IMG/VR virus record: IMGVR_UViG_3300011806_000001
Location: 21,152-85,151 of that record
Source of the DNA: a virus
Lineage: Duplodnaviria > Caudoviricetes
Strand: one strand, 5' to 3'
DNA length: 64,000 nucleotides
Shown here: positions 26,140 through 35,831 of the stretch, piece by piece
How the letters are laid out: each line of letters begins with the position of its first letter
Numbering within the stretch: the stretch's first letter is position 1
Translations under genes and position numbers: made by a program
The notes under the pieces: generated by a model
Databases searched by the model: none
What the model was told of the DNA's origin: nothing
The model's input: the letters and a program-made list of their open reading frames with translations, nothing else

Positions 26140-28220
26140 GCCTCGACCTGATTGCGCATGATGTGGTGCTCGCAGATCCGCAGAGGGTCGTTTGCTCCGC
26201 TTGGGAGAAAGCCTGGACGTTGCCGCCGCGGCAGACGGTCAGCGAGTGGGCCGATGCGAATCGGATCATCGCCAAGGGCGCGGGCGCCGAGCCCGGTGAG
26301 TGGCGTACGGCTCGAAACCCGATCCTCCGCGAGATCATGGATTGCCTGAGCGACCATTCGCCGATCCGCATCGTCGACTTCATGAAGTCAGCCCAGATTG
26401 GTGCCACTGAGATCGGCATCAACTGGACCGGGTACGTGGTTGATCGCGGCTCAGATTCGATGATCGTGGCCCAGCCGGTGAAAGACCTCGCCCGCAGCTG
26501 GGTGCTGTCGAAGTTCGATCCGGCGGTCCAAGAAATGCCCGAGCTGCGCGCCAAGTTCGCTACAGACAACACCTTGGAGAAGCACTTCCCCGGTGGCACG
26601 CTGTGGGCGATTTGGGCCAACTCCAGCAACCAGCTGCGCCAGCGCACCGCTCGCTACATCTTCATGGATGAGGTGGACGAATACCCGAAGGACCTGGGCG
26701 GGCAGGGGCCTGCCGATCAGCAGCTGGAGGCGCGCGCCAGCTCCTACGGCGACCGCGGCAAGGTCTATCGTGCCTGCACCCCAACGATCGCAGGCGCCAG
26801 CGCCATTGAGGCCGGCTACCAGGCGGGGGACATGTGCGTCTACGTGGTTCAGTGTCCCGAATGTGGCGGTGAGCAGACGCTCGACGTGGAGCGCCTGCAG
26901 CCGGATGGGACGTTTGCCTGCGAGGTGAGCGGCTGCGTGATCCACGAGCATCACAAGGACACGATGCTGGCCGAGCAGGGATTTGGAGGGACCGCGTACT
27001 GGAAGCCGACGAATCCGGCGGCCGACCCCTATCACCGCAGCTTCCACGCATGGGCTGCTTATGCGCCCTTGGGTCTGGGGCCGTCATGGAAAGATCTGGC
27101 TGACGCGAAGGCAGAGGCCGATCGCGATCCGAACAAGATGGCTGGCTTCTACAACCTCAAGCTGGGTCTCCCCTTCGAAGGCGAGCGGCAGCAGCAGGAT
27201 TCTGAGGAGGTCGCGAAACTGGCCGAGCCGGGTGTGCACCGTGGCATCGTGCCGCCTGGTGGATTGGTGCTCACGGCGGGCGTCGATTTCCAGCATGACC
27301 GGGCTGAGATCCAAGTGGTTGCAACAGGGCGCGGCCAGCGACGCTGGGTGGTGGACTACGCGGTAATCGACTTGGACCCAACGATCTTGGAAACGTATGA
27401 CGCGCTGGATGAATACCTGAAGGGAACGTGGCGCACAGCGAAAGGGATTGAGATGGGAATTTCTGCGGCAGCGCTGGACGGCGGCAACTGGACGGAGACC
27501 GTGGCGCAGTTCGTCAAGAAGGTGGTCGGCAATTCTGGCTCCAACCGAATGATCGAGACGCCGCTTGGCTTCATCAAGCAGGCCGTCTACTTGGTGCGTG
27601 GTCGCGCGGAGAAGAAATCGGACCGCGCCGTCTACCGCCCGGCCAAAACCGAGGTCAACAACCGTGAAAAGACCGTGGCGCGCAGCATTGGTGTGTGGGG
27701 TGTCGGCACGTCCGTGCTCAAGCACATGGTCTACGGTTGGCTGACGGCCGCGCTGGGCGCAAAGGATGAGGCGGAGCGGGAGGGTGCAGACGAAAACCTC
27801 TCGGTGCGTATGCTGCGCTTCCCTGGCGGCCGTGGCGATGAAGTGCACGATCCGCTTAACCCGGATCCGGGTGCGTTGCCGGCCCGCTACTTCAAGGGCT
27901 TGACGGTGGAGTACTTCGATCAGGACGCGGGTGCATGGATCAAGCCGAAGGGAGCAAGGAACGAAGAGCTGGATACCGTCGTCTATGCCATCTGGGCTTC
28001 GCTCGCCCCAGCGGTAAAAGCGGACGTGATTCGCGACTCGCAATGGGCTTCGCTTGAGGAGCAGTACCACCCGGTGTCACATGGGCTGTTTGACCAGCCT
28101 TCGGATTCCCGTGAAACATTGGTGCCCGGTTCTACGCCTGTGGCGCCGGTCAAGCCGCAAGCGCCTGCGGCTCCGCCGCGCTCGGCAGGCATCGCGGCGC
28201 GCGATGGATGGGGGTTCTGA
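26136..28220 (+). CDS. terL: Terminase large subunit (lambda gpA family)
   Basis: KSAQIGATE Walker A, FMDEVDEY Walker B, CTPT, CPECG, AGVDFQ, RNEELD. Confidence 0.95.
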   Translation: MSLDLIAHDVVLADPQRVVCSAWEKAWTLPPRQTVSEWADANRIIAKGAGAEPGEWRTARNPILREIMDCLSDHSPIRIVDFMKSAQIGATEIGINWTGYVVDRGSDSMIVAQPVKDLARSWVLSKFDPAVQEMPELRAKFATDNTLEKHFPGGTLWAIWANSSNQLRQRTARYIFMDEVDEYPKDLGGQGPADQQLEARASSYGDRGKVYRACTPTIAGASAIEAGYQAGDMCVYVVQCPECGGEQTLDVERLQPDGTFACEVSGCVIHEHHKDTMLAEQGFGGTAYWKPTNPAADPYHRSFHAWAAYAPLGLGPSWKDLADAKAEADRDPNKMAGFYNLKLGLPFEGERQQQDSEEVAKLAEPGVHRGIVPPGGLVLTAGVDFQHDRAEIQVVATGRGQRRWVVDYAVIDLDPTILETYDALDEYLKGTWRTAKGIEMGISAAALDGGNWTETVAQFVKKVVGNSGSNRMIETPLGFIKQAVYLVRGRAEKKSDRAVYRPAKTEVNNREKTVARSIGVWGVGTSVLKHMVYGWLTAALGAKDEAEREGADENLSVRMLRFPGGRGDEVHDPLNPDPGALPARYFKGLTVEYFDQDAGAWIKPKGARNEELDTVVYAIWASLAPAVKADVIRDSQWASLEEQYHPVSHGLFDQPSDSRETLVPGSTPVAPVKPQAPAAPPRSAGIAARDGWGF

Positions 28221-28552
28221 TGGCCCGTCGTAAGGAAACAGAAGAGCAGCTGCGCGCGCGCATCTTGGGCAAGATGCGCGAGGACATCGGGATCAGCGAG
28301 GCTATGGCGCGACCGTTCGTGGAATCAGTGATGCGTTGCTTCGCAGGTGAACAGCCCTATTTTCCCGCCGCCCAGCGAAGCTACCCAGTGGCTCTGATCA
28401 AGAGCGCATTGGAGCGTGGGAATTCAGTGAAAAAAGTGATGGCTGAGTTTGAGGTATCGCGCTCAAAGCTGCATGAGCTGTTCCCTGGAGGGCTTCCGAA
28501 GCCCTCAAATGCGGGCGTGTCCACGGTTTCAGTGAAAGTGGAGACAAATTAG
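28220..28552 (+). CDS. Mor/C-like transcription activator (putative)
   Basis: FAGEQPYFP dimerisation-like motif and C-terminal HTH VKKVMAEFEVSRSKLHEL. Confidence 0.6.
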   Translation: MARRKETEEQLRARILGKMREDIGISEAMARPFVESVMRCFAGEQPYFPAAQRSYPVALIKSALERGNSVKKVMAEFEVSRSKLHELFPGGLPKPSNAGVSTVSVKVETN

Positions 28553-28589
28553 TTTTTAGGCCCTTTAAAAACAGTTAGTTACATGAGGG

Positions 28590-28643
28590 GGTGTCCACGA
28601 CTTTGTTTAGTTCGTGGACACCGACATCCCTAGCCTATGCAGC
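28590..28643 (+). promoter_or_regulatory. Dyad GTGTCCACGA-N11-TCGTGGACAC and -10 (TAGCCT) upstream of the head genes
   Basis: Perfect 10-bp inverted repeat; related dyad at 28517-28545. Confidence 0.55.
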
Positions 28644-28865
28644 ATGACAACTGCACAGCAAATGCTCGAACACTACGCACAGGCGGAGATCGCTGTGCTG
28701 AAGGGCCAGAGCGTTCGCTTCGGTGAGCGGCAGCTGACGCACGCTGACCTGGCAGAAATTCGAAAAGGCCGCGCTGAGTGGCAGGCGGTTGTTGACCGTG
28801 AGGCAAACGGGGGCCGCCGCCGTCGGGCGGGCTGGGCTACAGCGGACTTTGGCGGTTCCACCTGA
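28644..28865 (+). CDS. Head-tail joining protein (gpW-like)
   Basis: YAQAEIAVLKGQSVRFGERQLT..DLAEIR, upstream of portal. Confidence 0.85.
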   Translation: MTTAQQMLEHYAQAEIAVLKGQSVRFGERQLTHADLAEIRKGRAEWQAVVDREANGGRRRRAGWATADFGGST

Positions 28866-30397
28866 TGGCATCCGCATCGATCGCCCGCCAGCGCTTGCTG
28901 ACCATCACAGCCGAAGATCGCGCACCACGCACCCTGGCGGCGGCCCCCGTTGAAGCCCGTGCCCACGAGGTGACCCGTCCGTCGCGCAGCCGGAAGCTCG
29001 CCCGTGACTGGGGTAGTGGCGGCGCCATTGCTGGCATGGATGCCCGACAGCTGAGGGACCAAGCACGGCACCTCGAGCGTGATCTGGACTTGGCCGACAA
29101 TGCCCTGAACGTCCTGGTGCAGAACACGGTCGGGTCTGGGATTGATGTCCTTGCTTCCCCGCGCTTGCCGGGCCAAGCGATCAACCGCGACCTGGCACTG
29201 CAGCTCGATGATCTGTGGGACGAATGGTGGGACCGTCCGGAGGTCACTCAGACGCACGACTACGGTGCATGTCAGCAGCTGCTGGCACGGAGCTGGTTTC
29301 GCGATGGCGATGTGTTCTATCAGGACCTGATCGGCTTCGTGCCGGGATTGGCGCATGGCAGTGTCGTCCCCTACAGCATCGAGATGCTGGAGGCGGATCT
29401 GGTGCCTCTTGAGTTCAGCGACCCATCCCGAAACATCCTGCAGGGCGTCGAGAGAAACGCCTGGGGCCGCCCTGTCGCATTCCATGTCTACAAGCAGCAC
29501 CCGGGTGATCCCTTCGGTAACCGGCTTGAGACGAAGCGGGTCTCTGCAGACTTCATGCATTGCATCGCCAACCTGAGCCGGCTGCACCAGGTGCGCGGGC
29601 TCAGCGTGTTCGCCAGTTCCATGTCGCGCTTCGAGGATGTGAAGGACTACGAAGAGTCGGAGCGGATTGCGGCCAAGGTTGCTGCGTCGATGACCTTCCA
29701 GATCAAGAAGGGCGAGGGCAGCATGTTCGGCGGCGCTGACGGGCTCGGTGGTCGTGTGCTGATGCAGGAGGGTGCTCCGGTTCGCGAACTCCGCATGGCA
29801 CCTGGCGCGATCTTTGACGATCTGCTGCCTGGCGAATCGATTGAGAGCCTCAGCTCCGATCGGCCCAACCCGAACGCCGCGACCTGGCGCAAAGAGCAGT
29901 TGCGCGCCGCCGCCGGCGGTATCGGTGTGAGTTATTCCAGCCTCTCGCTGGACTACAACGGCACGTACTCGGCTCAGCGACAGGAGCTGGTGGAGAAGTG
30001 GGGCAGCTACCTAATGCTCGCCGAGCGTTTCATCGCGATGAGCATTCGCCCACAGCGGCAGCGCTTCATTGAAGCATGCGTACTGGCAGGCAAGGTCAAG
30101 TTGCCGCGTGGCTGGACGCTGCGCCACTTGGCCGCGTCCACCTACGTGCGGCCTGTCATGCCGTGGATCGACCCGCTGAAAGAAGCCTATGCCAAGGGTG
30201 AGGCCGAGGACCGGGGCTGGGTCAGCCCGCAGCAGAACATCCTGCAGTACGGAAACAACCCGACCGACGTGCTGCGCCAGCGAGAAGACTGGCAGCAGCA
30301 GGCCGCCGAAATCGCGCCGACGGCGCCCAATACCAGCGCAGAGGCCCGGGCACAGGTGCTCGGCTCGCTGACGCGCGATCTTTCCAGGAGCGAATGA
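28865..30397 (+). CDS. Portal protein, lambda family
   Basis: ARHLERD, VERNAWGRPVA, QVRGLS, PWIDPLKE. Confidence 0.95.
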   Translation: MASASIARQRLLTITAEDRAPRTLAAAPVEARAHEVTRPSRSRKLARDWGSGGAIAGMDARQLRDQARHLERDLDLADNALNVLVQNTVGSGIDVLASPRLPGQAINRDLALQLDDLWDEWWDRPEVTQTHDYGACQQLLARSWFRDGDVFYQDLIGFVPGLAHGSVVPYSIEMLEADLVPLEFSDPSRNILQGVERNAWGRPVAFHVYKQHPGDPFGNRLETKRVSADFMHCIANLSRLHQVRGLSVFASSMSRFEDVKDYEESERIAAKVAASMTFQIKKGEGSMFGGADGLGGRVLMQEGAPVRELRMAPGAIFDDLLPGESIESLSSDRPNPNAATWRKEQLRAAAGGIGVSYSSLSLDYNGTYSAQRQELVEKWGSYLMLAERFIAMSIRPQRQRFIEACVLAGKVKLPRGWTLRHLAASTYVRPVMPWIDPLKEAYAKGEAEDRGWVSPQQNILQYGNNPTDVLRQREDWQQQAAEIAPTAPNTSAEARAQVLGSLTRDLSRSE

Positions 30398-32655
30398 CCA
30401 TGCGTGGAGTGAGCCTGTTGGCAAGCGCCATCAACCTTTCCATCACCGCCGACGCTGGCTCGGATTGCCAGCTGGGGCCGTGCCTCTTCCAGGTGCACGC
30501 CGAGGCTGACACTGCCGAAGTCATGATCTATGGCGCCATCGGCGGGTACCTCTTCGAGGAATCGGTGTCCGCCCTGGATCTGGTGGAGCGCATCGGGCAG
30601 ATCACCGCCTCGACCATCCACGTCCGCCTGAATAGCGTTGGTGGCGTCGTCACCGACGGTATGGCGATCTACAACGCCCTGAAGTCCCATTCGGCCCGCA
30701 TCGTGGTGACCGTTGAGGGTCAGGCCGCTTCCATTGCGTCGCTGGTCCTCCAAGCGGGCGATGAGCGCCGCGTCTTCGCCAGCTCGCTGGTCATGGTGCA
30801 TGGGCCGCGCACCGTCGCGGCTGGCACCGCCACGACCTTCCGTCAGAACGCTGAGGCATTGGACGCCCATGCGGCAGCGATGCTTGAGGCATATGCCTCT
30901 CGCTCGGGCCGACGTGAGGACATGGAACGGCTGCTCACCGACGACGCCGATCACTGGTACTCGGGTCCGCAGGCGATCGAGGCCGGCCTGGCCGACGTGG
31001 TGGTGGATGCCGATCCCGGTGCCAGCGCCCGCTGGCAGGCCGCCTCGGCAGTCGCCGTTACCGGCTATCTCCAAGCAATCGAGGGGGCTGGTGCGCCGGT
31101 GACCGCCCAGCTGCGTCGCCACATCGTTGCCAGCCTCTCCCCGCAAACCTTCGCCTCACTCCCTGAGGTAAGCCAGTCGGCCGTGATCGGCCATATCGAG
31201 GATCCCACCATGAAACAGCAGTACGCCACCATCCTCGCCAGTGCCGGTCTCGCGACCGCCGCAGCGGCGGGCAATACCGCAACTCCGGCCGTAGCTCCCG
31301 CCGCTCCCGCTCCCGCTGCCCCGGCGTCGGCGCCCGTCACGGCCGCCGCTCCTGCGGCAGATCCGGTAGTGGCAGCGATGACCGCGCTGCGGACGCGCAA
31401 CACCGAGATTCAGGCGATTGCGCAGTCGCACATGGGTATCCCGGCCGTGGCCGAGTACGTCAACGGCATCATCGCCGCGGCAGACGTCAGTGTGACCGCC
31501 GACAATGCCGGCCGCCACATTCTGGCGCTGCTGGGCTCCAACGGCCAGCCGCTCAACGGAAACGCTGGAATCGTTCCGGGCGGTGATCAGCGCGACCTGA
31601 CCCGGGCCGCTATGTCGAACGCCATTGAGGCCCGCGCCGGCCTGGTGCAGGCCACCGATGGCAATCCCTTCCGTGGCATGACCATGGGCGAAATCGCGCG
31701 TGCATGCGTCCAGGCCACCGGCACGAACGTGAATGGCATGGATCGCATGCAGATCGTGGGCATGGCTTTCACGCACAGCACCTCGGACTTCCCGGCACTG
31801 CTGGGCGACGCCTCGCGCCGCGCAGTGGCGCAGGGCTACCAGGAGGCCGAGGAGAACTTCGACCAGTTCACCCGCGCGGTGAACGTGCCGGACTTCAAGC
31901 CGACCAATCTGGTGGGTCTGGGTGCGTTCTCGGATCTGGACATCGTGCCGGAGGGTAGCGCATACAAGCAGGGCACCTTCAGCGAACAGTCGCAGGCGAT
32001 GAAGATCGTCACCTACGGCAAGCTGTTCACCATCACCCGCCAGGCCATCATCAACGACGACCTGGGCATCTTCAGCGATGTGCCCCGCAAGATGGGCCAA
32101 GCTGCCCGCCGGACGCTGGCGAAGGCCGTTTTCGACCTGATCAACAGCAACCCCCGCTTGGCCGACGGCAAGCTGCTTTTCAGCGCGGACCACGGCAACG
32201 TGCTGCCTGCCGCGCTGATCAGCACGGACAGTGTCGGTGCTATGCAGGCCGCAATGCGTCTCCAGAAGGATAAAGACGACAATCTGATCCAAGTGCCGAT
32301 GAAGGGCCTGCTGACGCCGGTGGCACTGAATCTGCGTGCCCGCGCCGTGCGTGACTCCGAGTACGCCGTTGGTGCCGGTGTCGGTGAGAAAGAGCCGAAC
32401 ACCGTGCGCAACACCTTCGAGGTGTGGGACCACGGTCGCCTGGACCAGAAGGATCCCAAGGCGTGGTACGGCCTGGCAAACCCCGCGTTCGTTGACGGAA
32501 TCGTCGTCGGCTATTTGGACGGAAATCAGGCCCCGTACCTGGAGCAGGAGCAAGGCTTCACGGTTGATGGCGTGGCCTGGAAGGTCCGTCTCGACGCCGC
32601 GCCGGCGATCGCCGACTACCGCGGCATCTACAAGAATCCGGGTAACCCGGCCTAA
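30394..32655 (+). CDS. ClpP-type prohead protease-major capsid protein fusion
   Basis: LNSVGG, AASIAS and MVHGP catalytic motifs; Ala/Pro linker; HSTSDFP and YGKLFTITRQAIINDD capsid motifs. Confidence 0.9.
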   Translation: MTMRGVSLLASAINLSITADAGSDCQLGPCLFQVHAEADTAEVMIYGAIGGYLFEESVSALDLVERIGQITASTIHVRLNSVGGVVTDGMAIYNALKSHSARIVVTVEGQAASIASLVLQAGDERRVFASSLVMVHGPRTVAAGTATTFRQNAEALDAHAAAMLEAYASRSGRREDMERLLTDDADHWYSGPQAIEAGLADVVVDADPGASARWQAASAVAVTGYLQAIEGAGAPVTAQLRRHIVASLSPQTFASLPEVSQSAVIGHIEDPTMKQQYATILASAGLATAAAAGNTATPAVAPAAPAPAAPASAPVTAAAPAADPVVAAMTALRTRNTEIQAIAQSHMGIPAVAEYVNGIIAAADVSVTADNAGRHILALLGSNGQPLNGNAGIVPGGDQRDLTRAAMSNAIEARAGLVQATDGNPFRGMTMGEIARACVQATGTNVNGMDRMQIVGMAFTHSTSDFPALLGDASRRAVAQGYQEAEENFDQFTRAVNVPDFKPTNLVGLGAFSDLDIVPEGSAYKQGTFSEQSQAMKIVTYGKLFTITRQAIINDDLGIFSDVPRKMGQAARRTLAKAVFDLINSNPRLADGKLLFSADHGNVLPAALISTDSVGAMQAAMRLQKDKDDNLIQVPMKGLLTPVALNLRARAVRDSEYAVGAGVGEKEPNTVRNTFEVWDHGRLDQKDPKAWYGLANPAFVDGIVVGYLDGNQAPYLEQEQGFTVDGVAWKVRLDAAPAIADYRGIYKNPGNPA

Positions 32656-32732
32656 GCGTCCACCACCTTTGAGCGCGGCCGGGTAACCGGCCGGTGCTCA
32701 AACGATGCCCCTTTCGATTTGAGGAAACAGTC

Positions 32733-33095
32733 ATGAAGAACGCACATCAGGACGGCCGCGTGCTGGACGTGGTGCTGGACAAGGCGGTCAAGAGCGGCGG
32801 TGTCGTCGCGAAGGGCAAGCGGTTCGGTGTCGCCGTCACCGACGGCGGTATCGGCGATCGCATCGCGGTCCACGTGGAGGGCGTCTTCCGCCTTCCGAAA
32901 CTGGCGGCCGCAGTCGTTGCCGACGGCGCGGCGGTCAACTGGTCCAGCGCTGACGAGCGGGTGATCGTCGCAGACGGCGGCGCCACAGACTTCAACGGCT
33001 TCGGCTACGCCGTGGAGCCGGCAGCAAACGGTGACGCTGAGGTGCTGGTTCGCCTGACGCCGGGCACCGCAGCGGCCGGTACCGGCGGCGCATAA
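32733..33095 (+). CDS. DUF2190-family capsid cement/decoration protein
   Basis: MKNAHQDGRVLD..., VEGVFRLPK; follows the capsid gene. Confidence 0.8.
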   Translation: MKNAHQDGRVLDVVLDKAVKSGGVVAKGKRFGVAVTDGGIGDRIAVHVEGVFRLPKLAAAVVADGAAVNWSSADERVIVADGGATDFNGFGYAVEPAANGDAEVLVRLTPGTAAAGTGGA

Positions 33096-33103
33096 GGGTT
33101 AGC

Positions 33104-33145
33104 CCACCACCGCACACAGTGCCCGGGTGGCGTGTGCGGTGGTGG
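33104..33145 (+). other. 14-bp stem hairpin between head and lysis modules
   Basis: CCACCACCGCACAC / GTGTGCGGTGGTGG, no U-tract. Confidence 0.6.
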
Positions 33146-33170
33146 AGCTTCTACGAACACAGGGGGATCG

Positions 33171-33467
33171 ATGAGCACCACTGATGCAAATGCCCAGCTC
33201 GACCGGGCCATGAACGGCAAGTTTGCGTCTGTGGCACTCAAGGTCGCCATCTTCGCGCTGCCTTTCGTGCTGTCGGTGGCGGGCGGGGCAGTGAGCTGGA
33301 TGCTCAACGACATCCGCACCATCCAGGCGGAGCAGGGCAAGGGTCTCCAGCAGGTAACCAGCGACGTGCAGGTGGTCAACGCGAAGCTGGACAACGGGGT
33401 GATCTGGCGGATCGCCGAGCTGGAGCGTCGTCTCAATACCGTGGAACAGGCACAGAAAACACCATGA
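33171..33467 (+). CDS. Single-TM coiled-coil protein (holin/antiholin candidate)
   Basis: One TM helix; first gene of the lysis cluster. Confidence 0.6.
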   Translation: MSTTDANAQLDRAMNGKFASVALKVAIFALPFVLSVAGGAVSWMLNDIRTIQAEQGKGLQQVTSDVQVVNAKLDNGVIWRIAELERRLNTVEQAQKTP

Positions 33468-33826
33468 ATCGCATTCTCTCCTTCTTCAGCCGCTGGCAGG
33501 AGTTCATCGTCTGGCTGCCGGTCCTGATCTTCCTGGCGCTGCTCGGCTGGATCCTGCTGGGGGCGCTCGACCGCACCATCGGCGGCGACGTGTTGGCGCA
33601 GCTGCTGCAGCTGCCGATCTCCGCTGCCTACCTTGCGACCGCCTGCGCGGCTTCCTGGCTGTTCAAGCGCACGTATCTGTTCGACCTCAACGACAAGGAA
33701 GAGCAGCGCCTTCACGATGCGGCCTGCAGCGGCGATGCTTCGGCGTGGCGAGTGCTACTGCTGGATCGCGCTGAATGGCTGTGTCTGGTCGGTCTGTTCG
33801 TTGCCTTCTTCTGGATCGCCCGATGA
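33464..33826 (+). CDS. Holin candidate (about 3 TM)
   Basis: Three hydrophobic segments; directly upstream of the endolysin. Confidence 0.65.
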   Translation: MNRILSFFSRWQEFIVWLPVLIFLALLGWILLGALDRTIGGDVLAQLLQLPISAAYLATACAASWLFKRTYLFDLNDKEEQRLHDAACSGDASAWRVLLLDRAEWLCLVGLFVAFFWIAR

Positions 33827-34692
33827 TCGCCCGCCGCGTTCTCTCTGCCCTGCTGGTCGCCGTGCTCACCGCTTGCGGCCAGGCCCCGGTGGCAGCGTCC
33901 GTGCCGGCCCCTGCTGACGCGCCGGCAGCAGCCGTGGCTGAGGCGCGCTCAGAGGTGGCCGACGCTGCTGCCCCGGTGGTTGAATCAGCCCAAGAGTCGG
34001 CCGCAGGTGCAGTGATGCCGGTGGTTGTGGCTCTGCAGGAAGCCGTGCAGCAGGTGCTGCCACCGGCGGCCAACGTCCCCCGGGTGTCGGTCATCTCGCC
34101 GGCTGCTGTTGCGCTGATTGTCCGTTGGGAGGTTGGCAGCCAGGCGCTGTACACGCGGCGCTATGAGGCGCCCATCTGGCCGGGTGGCGCATCAGGCGTC
34201 ACTTGGGGCATCGGCTACGACGGCGGCCATCAGACCCGCCAGCAGATCGGCTTGGACTGGTCCGCCCTGGCCGCGGCCTCCCGCCTCCAAGCGACCGCTG
34301 GGATCACCGGGCCTTCCGCGCAACCCGTCGTGCGGGATCTACGCGACGTGCGCGTTCCGTTCGGGCTGGCGAGTGACGTGTTCGGCATGGCCTCGCTTCC
34401 GCGCTATTACGCCAGTGCGCGGCGAGCGTTCGGTGCTGACGGGTTCGATGCTCTTCCCGCCGACGCCCGCGGTGCACTGGTCTCCGTGGTCTACAACCGC
34501 GGTGCCTCGATGACCGGTCCGGCGCGCGCGGAGATGCGTGCAATCCGCGACGTGTGCCTACCCGGCGCGGACGTGCATTGCGTCGCGGGCCAGATTCGCC
34601 AGATGTGCCGGTTGTGGCGTGGCACCAACCTGGAGGAGGGCCTCTGCGGTCGTCGCGAGGACGAAGCCGGCCTGACGGAGCGTGCGCGATGA
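33823..34692 (+). CDS. Endolysin (pesticin/T4-lysozyme-like muramidase) with N-terminal lipoprotein signal
   Basis: MIARRVLSALLVAVLTAC lipobox; Ala/Pro linker; RWEVG...WPGGASGVTWGIGYDGG...ALVSVVYNRG. Confidence 0.8.
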   Translation: MIARRVLSALLVAVLTACGQAPVAASVPAPADAPAAAVAEARSEVADAAAPVVESAQESAAGAVMPVVVALQEAVQQVLPPAANVPRVSVISPAAVALIVRWEVGSQALYTRRYEAPIWPGGASGVTWGIGYDGGHQTRQQIGLDWSALAAASRLQATAGITGPSAQPVVRDLRDVRVPFGLASDVFGMASLPRYYASARRAFGADGFDALPADARGALVSVVYNRGASMTGPARAEMRAIRDVCLPGADVHCVAGQIRQMCRLWRGTNLEEGLCGRREDEAGLTERAR

Positions 34693-35135
34693 AGCTGCCC
34701 TCTGTGGTCACGGTGAAGCCGCTCTTGTGGGTGATCGGGGTTCTCGCCCTGGTGGTCATCGCTCTGTCCGTCTGCCTTGTGGTCGTGCGGGCAAATGCCC
34801 GCGCTGCCGGTGCCACGTATGAAGGCGCTTCGGCTGCCTGTGCAGCGCAGAAGGAAGGCGCCACTACGCGCGTGAAGGAGTTGGCCTCGGCCAACGCCGG
34901 CTACGGCCGCACCGTTGGCGTCCTCCAGGCCGAGCTGGCGTTGGCGCAGAACCAGGCGGCCACGCTCAAGCGGCAGAGCGACAGCGCGGTAGCCGCAGCC
35001 GAGGCCCGCGAGGCGGATGCCAACCAGACGTTGAAGCAGTTCATGAATCGCTATGCCGGCCAAGCGCGTGAGACGCGCTGTGCGCTGGCCCTGACCGAGG
35101 TGGAAGCATCATGCCCAGCATTCTCCGGTTACTGA
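34689..35135 (+). CDS. i-spanin
   Basis: N-terminal TM helix plus coiled coil. Confidence 0.8.
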   Translation: MKLPSVVTVKPLLWVIGVLALVVIALSVCLVVVRANARAAGATYEGASAACAAQKEGATTRVKELASANAGYGRTVGVLQAELALAQNQAATLKRQSDSAVAAAEAREADANQTLKQFMNRYAGQARETRCALALTEVEASCPAFSGY

Positions 35136-35407
35136 CCGTCGCGGCGCTCGCCGCCGTGCTTGCCGCGTGTGGGCAGACGAAGCCTGATGCAGGCCCGGCG
35201 CAGTGCGCGGTGACCCCTGAGCCTGTGGTGGTGGAGCGGCGCGTATATGTGACGATTCCGGCCGCGCTTACCCGCACCGAGGCTGTTCCCGAAGGCCCGA
35301 TCGCGCAGTGCTTTGATGTTGCTGCCCAGCGGCGAGCCGTCATTGAGCGCCTCAATGGACGTGCCGAGCAGGTGCGCGCCATCCAAGGCACTGAGGTGAA
35401 GCCGTGA
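35111..35407 (+). CDS. o-spanin lipoprotein
   Basis: LAAC lipobox; Pro-rich; overlaps the i-spanin end. Confidence 0.8.
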   Translation: MPSILRLLTVAALAAVLAACGQTKPDAGPAQCAVTPEPVVVERRVYVTIPAALTRTEAVPEGPIAQCFDVAAQRRAVIERLNGRAEQVRAIQGTEVKP

Positions 35408-35490
35408 GCGCGCTGCTGGCATTCGCGGTCGTCGTGCTGTGCCTCGTGCTGGCGCTGTGCGTCACCAGTCGCCGTGAGGATCGCCGGTAA
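35404..35490 (+). CDS. 28-aa single-TM micropeptide (putative)
   Basis: GTGA and TAATG overlaps at both ends; MSALLAFAVVVLCLVLALCVTSRREDRR. Confidence 0.5.
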   Translation: MSALLAFAVVVLCLVLALCVTSRREDRR

Positions 35491-35831
35491 TGAGCCAGCG
35501 CCAATTTCTCGCCGACCTGGACGCCGGATTGCATGCAAGCTTCGCTGCGGCGGGCATGGCTGATGTCGCTAGGTACACGCCCTCATCTGGGGAGGCGGCG
35601 GTTCCTTGCCAGGTCTACGTTACCCGCGACGTAGAGACGATCGGCAATCTCCGTCAGTTCAAGGCCCATAGCGTTGAGGTCGACTACGTTCTCGGCAGTC
35701 TGGTGAGTGCTGGCGTCACGCCGGCACAGAAGGGCCGCTTGGCAGTGGACGGCGATCTGTATGAGAACGCCACTGAAATCTCGAACGACGGCTCGATGAG
35801 CCGCTGGAAGGTGCGCCGTGTCCAGCCCTGA
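35490..35831 (+). CDS. Head-tail joining protein (gpFII-like)
   Basis: Size, position and beta-rich C-terminus. Confidence 0.65.
   Translation: MSQRQFLADLDAGLHASFAAAGMADVARYTPSSGEAAVPCQVYVTRDVETIGNLRQFKAHSVEVDYVLGSLVSAGVTPAQKGRLAVDGDLYENATEISNDGSMSRWKVRRVQP

Noticed and set aside
30394-32655. ClpP-capsid fusion as a novelty
   Set aside because: Protease-capsid fusions are a known arrangement in lambda-portal prophages
32733-33095. RecA/RadA recombinase label often attached to DUF2190
   Set aside because: No P-loop; size and position indicate a capsid cement protein
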